Assembly: GCA_030668565.1 (NCBI GenBank)
Contig: DAOVFD010000001.1
Location: 1-43,541 of the forward strand
Length of the DNA: 43,541 nt
Direction: 5' to 3'
Source of the DNA: Candidatus Micrarchaeota archaeon
GTDB taxonomy: Archaea > Micrarchaeota > Micrarchaeia > Anstonellales > Bilamarchaeaceae
Shown here: in pieces, positions 9,453 to 19,400 of the stretch
Layout of the letters: each line of letters begins with the position of its first letter
How positions within the stretch are numbered: position 1 is the stretch's first letter
Position numbers and translations under genes: made by a program
The notes under the pieces: model-generated
Databases searched by the model: none
What the model saw: the letters and a program-made list of their open reading frames with translations, nothing else
Told to the model about the DNA's origin: nothing

Positions 9453-12400
9453 TCAACTCGGAATGAATTCGCAGTTCACATCATAGTTTCTCATTGGAAC
9501 CACTTCAATACCGCAGAAACCCCCGCTTGTGATATCCGACATCCCCATGCCACAGCTTGCCCCCTCATCACCGTTCTTCGGAAAGACAACGGGAACCGTT
9601 CTCATACCAGCAAAAACACGTTTGGTATAGGAATAAAAACTTCCGTCCGCTCCCTGGAGGCAGCAGCGATTGGGTTTTTCCAAACCGCCAACAACATCCA
9701 TATATAGATTGCTGGAAATATCAGAGGAATCAAAACTAACCTCTTCAACCGTTCCATTATGATAATGATATTCACATTTGAATGTTCCAGGTGTTGCATT
9801 GCAAAGCTCACAGGGCTCAACAACCATTCCATCCAGGCATTTTGCATCTCCTTCAGCAAGACCTTCTGGAAGAGTGCACAATGCACCATTTTCACATATC
9901 ATATTACATTTTCCTGTTACTCTGTCATATGTCGAGCATCTTGTACAGTTTACTGATTCAACCGCATCCACTTTCGTGTATATCACTGTGGGGGCAGGAT
10001 TTGCAAATGCATCCATTCCCTTCTGAACACTGCAGAAATATTCACCTTTCTCTCCCACACCTACCCCATCAATAGATACTATACCCTCTCCTCCTACTGG
10101 CGTTTCCCCTCTCACCGGCATCCATATAATTCCCATTATTCCTGAATCACCAAGCTCGGCCTGATTGTCTGCAAGCTCCCTCAAAACCCCCTCAATCTTG
10201 TCGCCCGTCCAGTATGCGCTGTCCGCATTCGTGTAGAAATCAAGAACAAGAGATGGTTTTTGTGCAAGTTGAAGTGTGCTTCTACCCCTTCTTGAAAGAT
10301 GCCCCACTACATCCTCTTCAAGCGTTTCATCCGAGTAATAACCTTTATATTTGACAACCTGGGGGGAATAATCAAATGCAACTATGTCAACATCCTTTCG
10401 CAACCTTGGGTCAGAAAATAATGATATGATTGTTTCGTTGAACCTCTCATCTGTGAATGCTGCCACATCAGTCTTAAGCCGCACTGCAGTCATGCATCTC
10501 CAGCAATGGGTTCGTATTATTGCCGCCCTTTCTGATATTTCATCAAGTCTTTCCTGCGGCACTGGTACCCAGTGAGATGCATGGATAGTATCAACAATTA
10601 CGATAGTTGCTCCCATATCCCCGAATAATCTCTCGAAATCATATTCATTATAAAGCTCATCCGGGTCATCAGGCCTTGTCTTGTCCCAGTTGCTGTCATC
10701 AGTCATATCAATAACAGGGAGAACACCTGATTTCATATAATTGCCAAGTCTTTCCTTCATGAGTGACGCTTCCGGCTGTGTTCGTGCAGCTCCGGTTACT
10801 GAAACAATTGCACCATCGTAATCATCTATATCGGTTATATGCGGAGCTGTGCATTTAAAATCGTGCCAGACCACGAACCCAAGGCCCGACCGCTCCAATT
10901 CATATACGCAATCGCATATATCTTCCTCGCTCCCCTCAATAAATGGCCATTTTGCTTCTTCCATCGGTATATAAGCCCAGTCGCTGGCAGTTATATTTTG
11001 ATATGCAAGCGTTGATATCGTGCATGGCTCGCACCATCCATACTGCTTCAATGATGGGAGACCGGTTGCCCTGTCATACTCACAACTCACTAGAGTATCC
11101 CCCTCAGGTTCAAAGAAAAGAGTTATTGTTTTTGGGTACATAAGAAAATACGTCCTATAAGCATTGGTATCACTATTACCCGAAGGGGAATGAGTAACAA
11201 GTTCACTAGCGCTAGTTCCATCCGCATTTGCTTCTGGTAAATCAAGAAGATTTCTCTCTTTTAGCTTTTGTGCAGCCACAGAACTGATTGTGTACTTATC
11301 ATTGCTCCATCCCTCTCTTTTATAAGCAAGCACCCAGGGCATTGATGATATTATGAGCTCCCCATCATCGATTGTACCACCACCATCTCCCATCTCGGTT
11401 GCAATCTCATCCATCCTTTTTTCGAACATCGGGGCAAATGCGTCCATAAGCTTCTGCCAATTTTCGCCGCTTGGCTCACCAATTACAACAGTTTCCCCGG
11501 GACTTCCCCAACGTAAATTACATCCTTCGGAGAGTAACGTAAACCGGTAATCCCCAAAAGTATACCCAATTACTGTTTTTTCATTCCACTTTATCTCATC
11601 CTCCGGTCTCTTGCTTTTTCCAAAGAAAACAAAACCACCCACGGGAGGATACGCGCTCCCTTCAAGCACGGGACATGGTGCAGTATCAGTTTCGTCGTTT
11701 TCACCATAAAATTCTTTACATTCCTTTTTTGCTTTCTCCACTATATTTATGCTGGCTGGCATTCTTTCAATTTCAAAGCTAGGACCGACCACCTCCTCGG
11801 TTATAACATAATCCAGCACATTGGTGTTGTCCTTACAGCGGCAATATTTCTTTAACGTGGATGGAAGACCCCTTTCGAGTCTTCCGCTAAAATCACACCA
11901 TTCAGTTCTAAGCTCACATCTGTGGTCGCCGCCCATGTCACTGCAGTCGCCAACACAACCAAGCGCCCACTCATCGTGCACGCTGCAATCCGTCAGCTCC
12001 GGCTCGTCTTTCTCCATTATATCCTGCTGGTCATAAGGATCGACTTCTATTTTTATCTTTGCCATGTTCACTATAACAGAAGCGTAGCTAAAGGGGTCGC
12101 TAGCATCTGGATTGATATTTACGGTTGGTGCACATACCTCAATCGTTTTTCCGCCAGGTGTTCCATAGGCATTGCAATCCGCTGCAAGCTCCTCAGTTAC
12201 CTCACCAATTTTTCTTAGATTCGTTGCACGGGAATAAAAGTCAAATGAGCAGCTGCCTGAATAACATTCCAGAGGCCCTGCACATTCAAAGGGTGCCCTC
12301 TCCGCGGTGTCGTAAATCATTTCAAGATGGGACCAGTAAAGCCATTTCCTGTAATATTCTCTGTCAAGCTTTCTGTATGGTTCACTTTCAACGCGTTCTT

Positions 12401-13298
12401 CTGAACAAGTTCCGGAAAACATCGAACCCCGAGGAGTGTGAATAACATCTGCTTCGCCCGAGTAGAGGAGCTTGTAATACTGCGTAAACTTATATTCGTA
12501 CTTCTCTGTATGAACCGGCCCGGCGGGTGTTTCTAGTAATGCATCATGCCCGAACCGGAATGGTGGTTCAGGAGCGAGTGAATCAAGGTCCATGCATTCT
12601 CCGATATCTGATGGGTCATAAGGATGTTTATCGCTGATAAATCCGCCAAGATAGTTCATGTACCTGTCTACCTTATCACCGCCTAGACTGGGCCCCATGT
12701 TTACGTTGCAGTACTTATCGGAAATTGGAAAGTAATAACGATAGTTATCATACTCATCAAAAGAGCCGCCTACACCAATGCGGAAAACATTTATCGAAGA
12801 TTTTGTATTTTTCATTATGGATGCAAGCTTGAGGTCCATTGGAAAGAACCTGCACTGTGCCTTATAGAATCCAAGCGTCTCCTCTTCCTCTTCAGATTCT
12901 GGTGGAACCTCAACCTTGGCACTGACAGTATCACCACTGCTCGTATCAATAACACCAGGCGCAACCTTTGGCTTAAACATAAAGTCTCCACAGACCATTG
13001 CAGTGCAATCCGGATCAATACAATCATTCAATTCATTATCAGTGCATATCGGAACAAGATGGTATTTTCCGCCTATTGAAACATTGCAGTATCCCTTTGT
13101 TACATTGCACCACTCCGTATCCTTCTTGTACTCTTCCATAAGCCTGCTCGTAGTCATGTTGAGCAGAACACATTTTCCGTCTTCTAATGTCGCATTCGCC
13201 TTCTGACAGCAGCCGAGCTTTACTATCGGCTCTACGCAACCAAAGGCAAGGAGCAAAGCCATCGAAACAAACAATACAAGATATTTTTTCATTTTCAT
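9453..13298 (-). CDS. Giant (1281 aa) cysteine-rich exported protein, unknown function
   Basis: N-terminal signal peptide ending in a lipobox-like LLAFGC. No further TM. Many Cys in close pairs and many N-x-S/T sequons. Start lies 1 nt after the stop of the upstream paralogue gene. Confidence 0.8.
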   Translation of the reverse strand: MKMKKYLVLFVSMALLLAFGCVEPIVKLGCCQKANATLEDGKCVLLNMTTSRLMEEYKKDTEWCNVTKGYCNVSIGGKYHLVPICTDNELNDCIDPDCTAMVCGDFMFKPKVAPGVIDTSSGDTVSAKVEVPPESEEEEETLGFYKAQCRFFPMDLKLASIMKNTKSSINVFRIGVGGSFDEYDNYRYYFPISDKYCNVNMGPSLGGDKVDRYMNYLGGFISDKHPYDPSDIGECMDLDSLAPEPPFRFGHDALLETPAGPVHTEKYEYKFTQYYKLLYSGEADVIHTPRGSMFSGTCSEERVESEPYRKLDREYYRKWLYWSHLEMIYDTAERAPFECAGPLECYSGSCSFDFYSRATNLRKIGEVTEELAADCNAYGTPGGKTIEVCAPTVNINPDASDPFSYASVIVNMAKIKIEVDPYDQQDIMEKDEPELTDCSVHDEWALGCVGDCSDMGGDHRCELRTEWCDFSGRLERGLPSTLKKYCRCKDNTNVLDYVITEEVVGPSFEIERMPASINIVEKAKKECKEFYGENDETDTAPCPVLEGSAYPPVGGFVFFGKSKRPEDEIKWNEKTVIGYTFGDYRFTLLSEGCNLRWGSPGETVVIGEPSGENWQKLMDAFAPMFEKRMDEIATEMGDGGGTIDDGELIISSMPWVLAYKREGWSNDKYTISSVAAQKLKERNLLDLPEANADGTSASELVTHSPSGNSDTNAYRTYFLMYPKTITLFFEPEGDTLVSCEYDRATGLPSLKQYGWCEPCTISTLAYQNITASDWAYIPMEEAKWPFIEGSEEDICDCVYELERSGLGFVVWHDFKCTAPHITDIDDYDGAIVSVTGAARTQPEASLMKERLGNYMKSGVLPVIDMTDDSNWDKTRPDDPDELYNEYDFERLFGDMGATIVIVDTIHASHWVPVPQERLDEISERAAIIRTHCWRCMTAVRLKTDVAAFTDERFNETIISLFSDPRLRKDVDIVAFDYSPQVVKYKGYYSDETLEEDVVGHLSRRGRSTLQLAQKPSLVLDFYTNADSAYWTGDKIEGVLRELADNQAELGDSGIMGIIWMPVRGETPVGGEGIVSIDGVGVGEKGEYFCSVQKGMDAFANPAPTVIYTKVDAVESVNCTRCSTYDRVTGKCNMICENGALCTLPEGLAEGDAKCLDGMVVEPCELCNATPGTFKCEYHYHNGTVEEVSFDSSDISSNLYMDVVGGLEKPNRCCLQGADGSFYSYTKRVFAGMRTVPVVFPKNGDEGASCGMGMSDITSGGFCGIEVVPMRNYDVNCEFIPS

Positions 13299-13299
13299 A

Positions 13300-14316
13300 T
13301 CATATCACTTTTGTAACCATTTTCATAAGCGCAGCGGTGTCGCCTCCTAGAATAGCTACTATGTACCTAACAAATATCAGCGTGATGAATAGCGAAACGA
13401 GTGGGTGTATTATAAGGGAAACATACGTCCGGGAAAGCGCGTTGGCAAGATTGCTCATCGAAAGCGCTGACATGCCGGTTGCCGCACCCGATACCTCCAT
13501 GGTATTGAATATCGTTGTTGCAAAACCCATCGTTGGATAACAATATTGGTTTGGTGATGGTGGAGGGGAAGGTGGGAGAGTGGTTGGAACAAAACCCGGG
13601 TCCAAAAGAACGAAAATTACCGGAAAGATGAAATAAAGCCCTACTGCAAGTCCGATGAAAATCGCACCTGGTCCCCTTGTGAACTTGAAACTCCGTAAAA
13701 TTATCCCCAACGGAAGGAAGATATTGAGCATATTTGCCTTGATATAGAGCAGAAGATACGACTGCGCATTGAGTGAAACAAGAAGAGATGTTGCGAGATT
13801 ATTTACTATCCTTGTACTTTCAGCTTTCTCATAAAGGGATCCAATCCAGTTTCCTTTGAAGAATGTTATCCCAAAAGCGCCCAGGTCGAGATTAAGGCCG
13901 GTGAAAAGAGCCCAGGTTTTCGCTCCTGTGCAAATATTATCCTGAACAGCGGCTATCTGTTTTGCCTTTTCCTGTATACTGCATATTCTTATCGCGTCAA
14001 TCGCATCATCAACAGAATGTATAGGCATAGGGCTCTCTCCACATGCCAAGTCACCGGTAATAAGCCCACTGGAAAATGTCATTGCACCATTAATAATGCC
14101 TATCAGAAAAATTGCCATCAATGCGGTTGCTGCGGCCTGAAGAAGTTCTGACTTTGCCTCGCGTTCAAGGTCCCTGAGCCCGAACGCACGCGCAATCATC
14201 AGGAATGCATTGTAGAATATTACAACTGTAAGAACGGCAAGTAGGGTGATTGGTAGCCAATGGCTGGACCACGCATCGAGAAATGAAGATATCAATAGAG
14301 GAAAAATCATATTCAC
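13300..14316 (-). CDS. Polytopic membrane protein, paralogue P6 of the six-gene family
   Basis: 338 aa. Shares the three family signatures (EREAKSELLQA; LPLGIILRSFKFTRGPGAIFIG; C-terminal LGGDTAALMKMVTKVI). Start is GTG 14316 or ATG 14310. Confidence 0.8.
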   Translation of the reverse strand: MNMIFPLLISSFLDAWSSHWLPITLLAVLTVVIFYNAFLMIARAFGLRDLEREAKSELLQAAATALMAIFLIGIINGAMTFSSGLITGDLACGESPMPIHSVDDAIDAIRICSIQEKAKQIAAVQDNICTGAKTWALFTGLNLDLGAFGITFFKGNWIGSLYEKAESTRIVNNLATSLLVSLNAQSYLLLYIKANMLNIFLPLGIILRSFKFTRGPGAIFIGLAVGLYFIFPVIFVLLDPGFVPTTLPPSPPPSPNQYCYPTMGFATTIFNTMEVSGAATGMSALSMSNLANALSRTYVSLIIHPLVSLFITLIFVRYIVAILGGDTAALMKMVTKVI

Positions 14317-15371
14317 ACCATTTGCATTATTCTACTTAAATCTACCTCCTCACCATAGAGTCTTGCAAGATACACTACTGATGCTACCGCAGCAAGCATT
14401 GCTAGTGAAGGCAGGAAAAACCCCACCACAAATGCCATTCCTCCGAAAGCTATTGCCTCCGCAGGTTTTTCGCCATTTGGGAAATAATAGACGTCTTTTA
14501 CAAAATCCGCACCATAGGTAGCTGAGCCAAGCGTTGCGCCCACACCCGCAACATGCTCCGGATAGGTATCCTCATCAAGGAAATTAGATAGCGAGGGGTC
14601 CGGAAGATAGTCAGGCTTGTTGAATATCGAATCCCCCATAAGGTTGAAGGTTGCAAGGAAGAGGGGATAGATAATCGAAAAGGAAATCGCTATTGATATA
14701 AGGACTGAACCAAATGAACGCATATACGGCATTGAACGCATAAAGATGCCTATCGGGAAAAGGAAAAACGCGAATCCTTTATAGATATAGAGCAGAATCA
14801 TAAGATAGTTCAGCGACATAAGATAGGACATGAGGGTTGAGTTAAATATCGTATTAAGGGCCGCATTCAGTGCAGCATATCCACCAAATGGCTGAGTCTG
14901 TGTTCCTGAAAAACCAAACCAGCATCCCCACCCTGTATGGTCCATACTATACGCACATTTAAATGCTCCCATACAACCCAGAACAGTATAACCCTCAAGG
15001 TGATAACGCACTACAGTAAGCGCATTATGACTATATCTCGCTGCACTGACAAGATAATCCTCTGCAGCATCAAACATTGAGGATGGACCGGAATAGGTTA
15101 TCTCAAAAATATCTGCGATATTATGCATATCAATCGAACAGAAAAAGCCAAATAAGGAGCTGAGCAGGAGCAATGAAACAAAGGAAATGAAAAGCTGAAC
15201 CACTTCTGTTTTTGCCCATACCGTTACCTTCGGATTTCTTATTGCCTGGCCTACCATAAATGAAACGGCAATTATAATTGCGGTAATTATACCGGCATAA
15301 GCTGCAAGTGGGAATATTGTGGATGTGAGGAAATCCATAAATTCCGGGGAGCATACTGTTGCCACTACCAT
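14313..15371 (-). CDS. Polytopic membrane protein, paralogue P5
   Basis: 352 aa. Signatures TVWAKTEVVQL, FPIGIFMRSMPYMRSFGSVLIS, C-terminal YGEEVDLSRIMQMV. TAATG overlap with P4. Confidence 0.8.
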   Translation of the reverse strand: MVVATVCSPEFMDFLTSTIFPLAAYAGIITAIIIAVSFMVGQAIRNPKVTVWAKTEVVQLFISFVSLLLLSSLFGFFCSIDMHNIADIFEITYSGPSSMFDAAEDYLVSAARYSHNALTVVRYHLEGYTVLGCMGAFKCAYSMDHTGWGCWFGFSGTQTQPFGGYAALNAALNTIFNSTLMSYLMSLNYLMILLYIYKGFAFFLFPIGIFMRSMPYMRSFGSVLISIAISFSIIYPLFLATFNLMGDSIFNKPDYLPDPSLSNFLDEDTYPEHVAGVGATLGSATYGADFVKDVYYFPNGEKPAEAIAFGGMAFVVGFFLPSLAMLAAVASVVYLARLYGEEVDLSRIMQMV

Positions 15372-16348
15372 TATACAAACCTCGTAATTGCGCTCACATC
15401 AACCTCAGCACCAAAGAGGCCTGAGAGCGCTTTCAGTCCCCCTGCAAAGAGGAGAAGCGCAACCGCCGGGCCTAGAGTCGCCTTCAGCAGGATAATATAA
15501 AGGTATTTCTTAAGGTTCGCTCTTAAATTTCCATAGGCATCCACCGCCTTATCGCTATTGCTTCCAAAAGCTGTTTCACAAGGGTCGCACTTCTTAACAT
15601 CTATTCCTCCTGGATTAGAATACTCATCTCTATAACCAGCTCCTTCGTCTGACATAAATTGCTCATTTAGCATATCAACAAAAATAATTCCTGCAGGCAT
15701 GAGTATATAAGCGGAAATCCCGAATGCTATGAGAAAGCCGCCTGCTCCCCTGCTGAACCTGAATGTCCTTAAGATGATGCCAAGCGGGAGAAACAGCACA
15801 AGGGCAAAATCTTTTGTCAGTGTTATGATTTTCTTGGCTGACGCCACCTCGGCAATCGCATAACCTACTATGGAGCCTGACATTGAAAAGGGAGTACTAA
15901 GCATAGGGAATCCCCCACATGCGCTTACAGAATATCCCCCACCAGTAAGTTGGCAACTACACCCCTTCGACGCTTCTATAGCAATGCTGTTATCTGTACC
16001 GGATATTGTGTTAAGACACTTAGAAAGATTCTGATAGGTATCATCAAGACTTACTATTGCCGCATCCTGTATTGTTGGCTGACCCTGGGTAAGTGCACTG
16101 CTTTGGGAAATTGCATCTAGTATGCCATCTGTTCCAAGCAGTATAACCATAAGCAGTGCAAGAACTATAAGCTGGTAGAATTCATCCTTTGAAAGCGCCT
16201 TCAGTGTTTCGTTTTCAATTCCCATACCTACTGCGAAAACCGCTGCCAGCAGTGTCATAGATATTATTATTGCCATTGCTGCCACTGACTGCCATGATGC
16301 AAACGCAAGCGGAATCAACAACAGCAATACAAGCAATATCTTTTTCAT
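15371..16348 (-). CDS. Polytopic membrane protein, paralogue P4
   Basis: 325 aa. Signal peptide MKKILLVLLLLIPLAFA. Signatures KALSKDEFYQL, LPLGIILRTFRFSRGAGGFLIA, C-terminal FGAEVDVSAITRFV. Confidence 0.8.
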   Translation of the reverse strand: MKKILLVLLLLIPLAFASWQSVAAMAIIISMTLLAAVFAVGMGIENETLKALSKDEFYQLIVLALLMVILLGTDGILDAISQSSALTQGQPTIQDAAIVSLDDTYQNLSKCLNTISGTDNSIAIEASKGCSCQLTGGGYSVSACGGFPMLSTPFSMSGSIVGYAIAEVASAKKIITLTKDFALVLFLPLGIILRTFRFSRGAGGFLIAFGISAYILMPAGIIFVDMLNEQFMSDEGAGYRDEYSNPGGIDVKKCDPCETAFGSNSDKAVDAYGNLRANLKKYLYIILLKATLGPAVALLLFAGGLKALSGLFGAEVDVSAITRFV

Positions 16349-16356
16349 TCCAACAC

Positions 16357-18432
16357 CTAAAACAATTTCGAAATTCCGGGTATCTCTATATCTCCTCCTA
16401 TCATTCCTGAAAGCGTTTTTATGAACACAAGCGTTACAACTATATTGAAGAGCGGCAGCAAATAGGCAGGTATCATCATTTTTGAAACATTCTTTATCTC
16501 GGACATTCCAACAAGCCCTTCCTCATTTATCTTCATATAATCCCCCGGACTGCTCATCGGCACTTTATTCTTCGGTTTGCACAGGTCACCGCATTCCATA
16601 TTAATCGGGGGGTCATACTGATAAGATTCAGGGGTAAGAATACACTCTTCACATGCGCTTCTTGGCGGATAGAGCTTGTAATCAGCAGGACACTCATCCT
16701 TGGAACAACCTTCACTTGTTAATTCCTCTGGAAGGTGAGCTCCAAGAATTCTTTTTTCAGCAGGGCAAGCAGTGCAATTTGGGGGTTGTGGATCAAGCGC
16801 TTTAATATCATCAATATCGAGCTTGCAGGTATCCGGACATTTGTCACACGCACCAAGAAGCCCGCCGGTTTCACTATCAAAACAACCAGATGCAAAATTG
16901 CTTTCGTCACCGCCCTTTATCCTGCAATAGGAAGGACAGCCCACACAAAGATTATCACAAGAACCTGTTTCAGGCATAACCCAGACGCATGATTCCTCTG
17001 CATTAAGGCTTGCAGGACAATCACTTGCAAACTTATTGCATCGTTCGCTTCCCTCCACACGCTCATCAACAGAGGGCCTCCACTGGAATGGCGGGTCATC
17101 GTACGCTTCAGACTTCTTTGCAACCCTGCAGTCAAGCCTTGACTCAAGACATTTTCCAAAGCCGCTACAATCGGATTTCAATGGAGGGATTATCTTGCAT
17201 TCCTTAGGACACTCTTCGTATTCAGGTGCTTCTGTTCCGCCAGGAACATAACGTATGACCTTGCAACGTTTGTCGAGTTTTGCGCATGCTGTCTGGTTAG
17301 CAGGGTCAGCACATGCAGGAACCGAATTCGGGTATGGAAGTTCCCTACACGCACGTGGACAACCTACTCCATCACTTGGGTTTTCATCGTAATCGCATGA
17401 AAATACTTCTATCCCGCTTGCATTTATCGCGCTTTCCAGCGTTCCGTTCACCAGCTTCTTGGCTTTATTCTTTTCTGCTTCATCTGTCCCAAATACATCG
17501 TATACATCGTTCGGGTCTTCCAGCAGGACACCCTCCCCTCCAACAGTATAATACGCAAGCGGCGAGGCAATTATACATTCCGGCGGGCAAAGAAACTGGT
17601 CACCGACTATGGCATTATCCCCTTCAATCATCATATCAAGAGTTGCCCAGTCAAAAAAATACATTGCAGGGAAGAAGAACATTACGCCTGCAGCTATCGC
17701 TATCAGTAAACCTCCGGTTTTTCTTGTTATGAAGAATGACCGGCCCACTATTCCCAGTGCAAGAATAACAGGACCCACCTTAAAAGCAAATTGCTCTATG
17801 AAGAATTTTTGCGAATAGAGGGAAGAAAGTACTCCTGTATAATATCCAAATACTATGCTGTAGCGGTCGACATCAAGCACTTTATATGCTGCAAGCGGAA
17901 AGGTCAAACTTATCTGACCGACCTTTATGGATGTCCCGTAAATTCCTACACTACGCCCAGCCCACGCGCTTGCCTTCATGTTATTTTTTACAGTATCTTT
18001 AATACTTATCTCGGCAGCCGAAATATAATCATCCAGATATGCTATTGATACGGTCTTAAGACAATTATCACCTATATCACAATGAAGGCCTCCAGGCGCG
18101 GCGTCGTTGATGATGAGCATGCTGAGTGTATCAATGAACCCTATAGCCACAAAAAGAAAGACTATGAGAACAGCATTTGAGAATACCTGCCTCAACTCGG
18201 TTCCTGCCCATGCCTGCAGCTCGGGCATTTCAAGACCCTTGCCTATTGCGTATGCAATTGCAACCAGTATCGTTGATATCATCAGTGCAGCTACTGCAAG
18301 CAACTGCCAGCTCTGCACAAGTTCGAGTGAAACCTTGCCAGTCTGTTCTTCGATAAGTTCTGTTGTATTCTGCGAGAATGAAAGTGCTGCAAGAGCAATG
18401 AAAACAAAGATTAACAATGGAATCTTTTTCAT
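16357..18432 (-). CDS. Polytopic membrane protein, paralogue P3, with ~340-aa cysteine-rich insertion
   Basis: 691 aa. Signal peptide MKKIPLLIFVFIALAALSFS. Signatures QAWAGTELRQV, PVILALGIVGRSFFITRKTGGLLIA, C-terminal IGGDIEIPGISKLF. There are 32 Cys between residues 282 and 618. Confidence 0.8.
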   Translation of the reverse strand: MKKIPLLIFVFIALAALSFSQNTTELIEEQTGKVSLELVQSWQLLAVAALMISTILVAIAYAIGKGLEMPELQAWAGTELRQVFSNAVLIVFLFVAIGFIDTLSMLIINDAAPGGLHCDIGDNCLKTVSIAYLDDYISAAEISIKDTVKNNMKASAWAGRSVGIYGTSIKVGQISLTFPLAAYKVLDVDRYSIVFGYYTGVLSSLYSQKFFIEQFAFKVGPVILALGIVGRSFFITRKTGGLLIAIAAGVMFFFPAMYFFDWATLDMMIEGDNAIVGDQFLCPPECIIASPLAYYTVGGEGVLLEDPNDVYDVFGTDEAEKNKAKKLVNGTLESAINASGIEVFSCDYDENPSDGVGCPRACRELPYPNSVPACADPANQTACAKLDKRCKVIRYVPGGTEAPEYEECPKECKIIPPLKSDCSGFGKCLESRLDCRVAKKSEAYDDPPFQWRPSVDERVEGSERCNKFASDCPASLNAEESCVWVMPETGSCDNLCVGCPSYCRIKGGDESNFASGCFDSETGGLLGACDKCPDTCKLDIDDIKALDPQPPNCTACPAEKRILGAHLPEELTSEGCSKDECPADYKLYPPRSACEECILTPESYQYDPPINMECGDLCKPKNKVPMSSPGDYMKINEEGLVGMSEIKNVSKMMIPAYLLPLFNIVVTLVFIKTLSGMIGGDIEIPGISKLF

Positions 18433-18434
18433 AT

Positions 18435-19400
18435 CTATCCAATCACCCTTAATGCCTTATTTGCTCCGGCAAGGAATGTTATAAGCAATGCTATCGTCAG
18501 GTTTGGGAGGAAGAATGCCTGGGGCATAAGCCTTGCCACATTCCAGAAACTACCCTGGTTTTCCCAGCCACCAAACCACCTGTCTGTTATTATTCCCCTG
18601 TAGTGATAACATTCATCATCGCCGATTACATCATACATCGCGAGATTGAACGTGTACATAAAAGGCACTATGATGTAAAGTCCGACAGAGAGAGCGATTA
18701 GCATATTTCCCATTCCCCTTGTAGGAATAAAAATCCTTAATATGAAAGCTGTGGGTAGTAGCCAGTATATCACATTATCGCTTATGAATCCCAAGAATAA
18801 CTCTTGTATATTCAGGCTCAGGAGTGCAGGAAAGACAAATGTGTTCAGGGTTGTGTCGTACTGATTTGCTACGACACGTCTCCATGCTCCACCTGCTGAT
18901 GTAAAGGAGTTGAGCAGTGGTATTGAAATCGTAGCCGACCATGTGGAATGCATGAGCTTGTCGATATAGTTATCCATATAATTTTCCGACATCCTCTGCG
19001 CATCACTCTTTGCTATATTAAGATAGCAGAGTGAAACCCCAGTCATAGTAGCACTTTCGCTATAGCATCCTGAAGGGGTTTCAAGCTTTTCAAGCGTTGT
19101 TTTGTAGAACATATCGATTGCAGTGCATGAAAAAAGCAGAAGAGTACTAAAACCAATCAGAAGCGCAATTGAGAAACAGAGGTGCCATGCTTCGTCCTTT
19201 GCAAATACTATAAATCTTGTATTTCCGGTGGATGAACCAATTACATACGCTATTGCAATAATAAGGGTGGTTAATATCAAGACAGCCCATATTAGTATCC
19301 CCTGCTCGGAGAGAATTACATCAGTGGCGTTATCGATACAGTCAATAGAATGGGCAAGCGGAAGCAACAGCAACAACGCAATCAAAAATGAAAATCTCAT
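18435..19400 (-). CDS. Polytopic membrane protein, paralogue P2
   Basis: ORF track starts at 19430. The ATG at 19400 gives a clean signal peptide (MRFSFLIALLLLLPLAHS) and an ATGA overlap with the P1 stop. Signatures VFAKDEAWHL and LPTAFILRIFIPTRGMGNMLIA; C-terminal tail divergent. Confidence 0.75.
   Translation of the reverse strand: MRFSFLIALLLLLPLAHSIDCIDNATDVILSEQGILIWAVLILTTLIIAIAYVIGSSTGNTRFIVFAKDEAWHLCFSIALLIGFSTLLLFSCTAIDMFYKTTLEKLETPSGCYSESATMTGVSLCYLNIAKSDAQRMSENYMDNYIDKLMHSTWSATISIPLLNSFTSAGGAWRRVVANQYDTTLNTFVFPALLSLNIQELFLGFISDNVIYWLLPTAFILRIFIPTRGMGNMLIALSVGLYIIVPFMYTFNLAMYDVIGDDECYHYRGIITDRWFGGWENQGSFWNVARLMPQAFFLPNLTIALLITFLAGANKALRVIG

Noticed and set aside
9557-13540. Many 60-145-aa plus-strand ORFs inside the 1281-aa gene, with similar ones inside P1-P6 (for example 17313-17732, 19123-19479, 19853-20645)
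   Set aside because: They lie antisense to long ORFs with coherent protein features and have odd compositions (S/P/H/C-rich). No start signals are evident. They are typical shadow ORFs.
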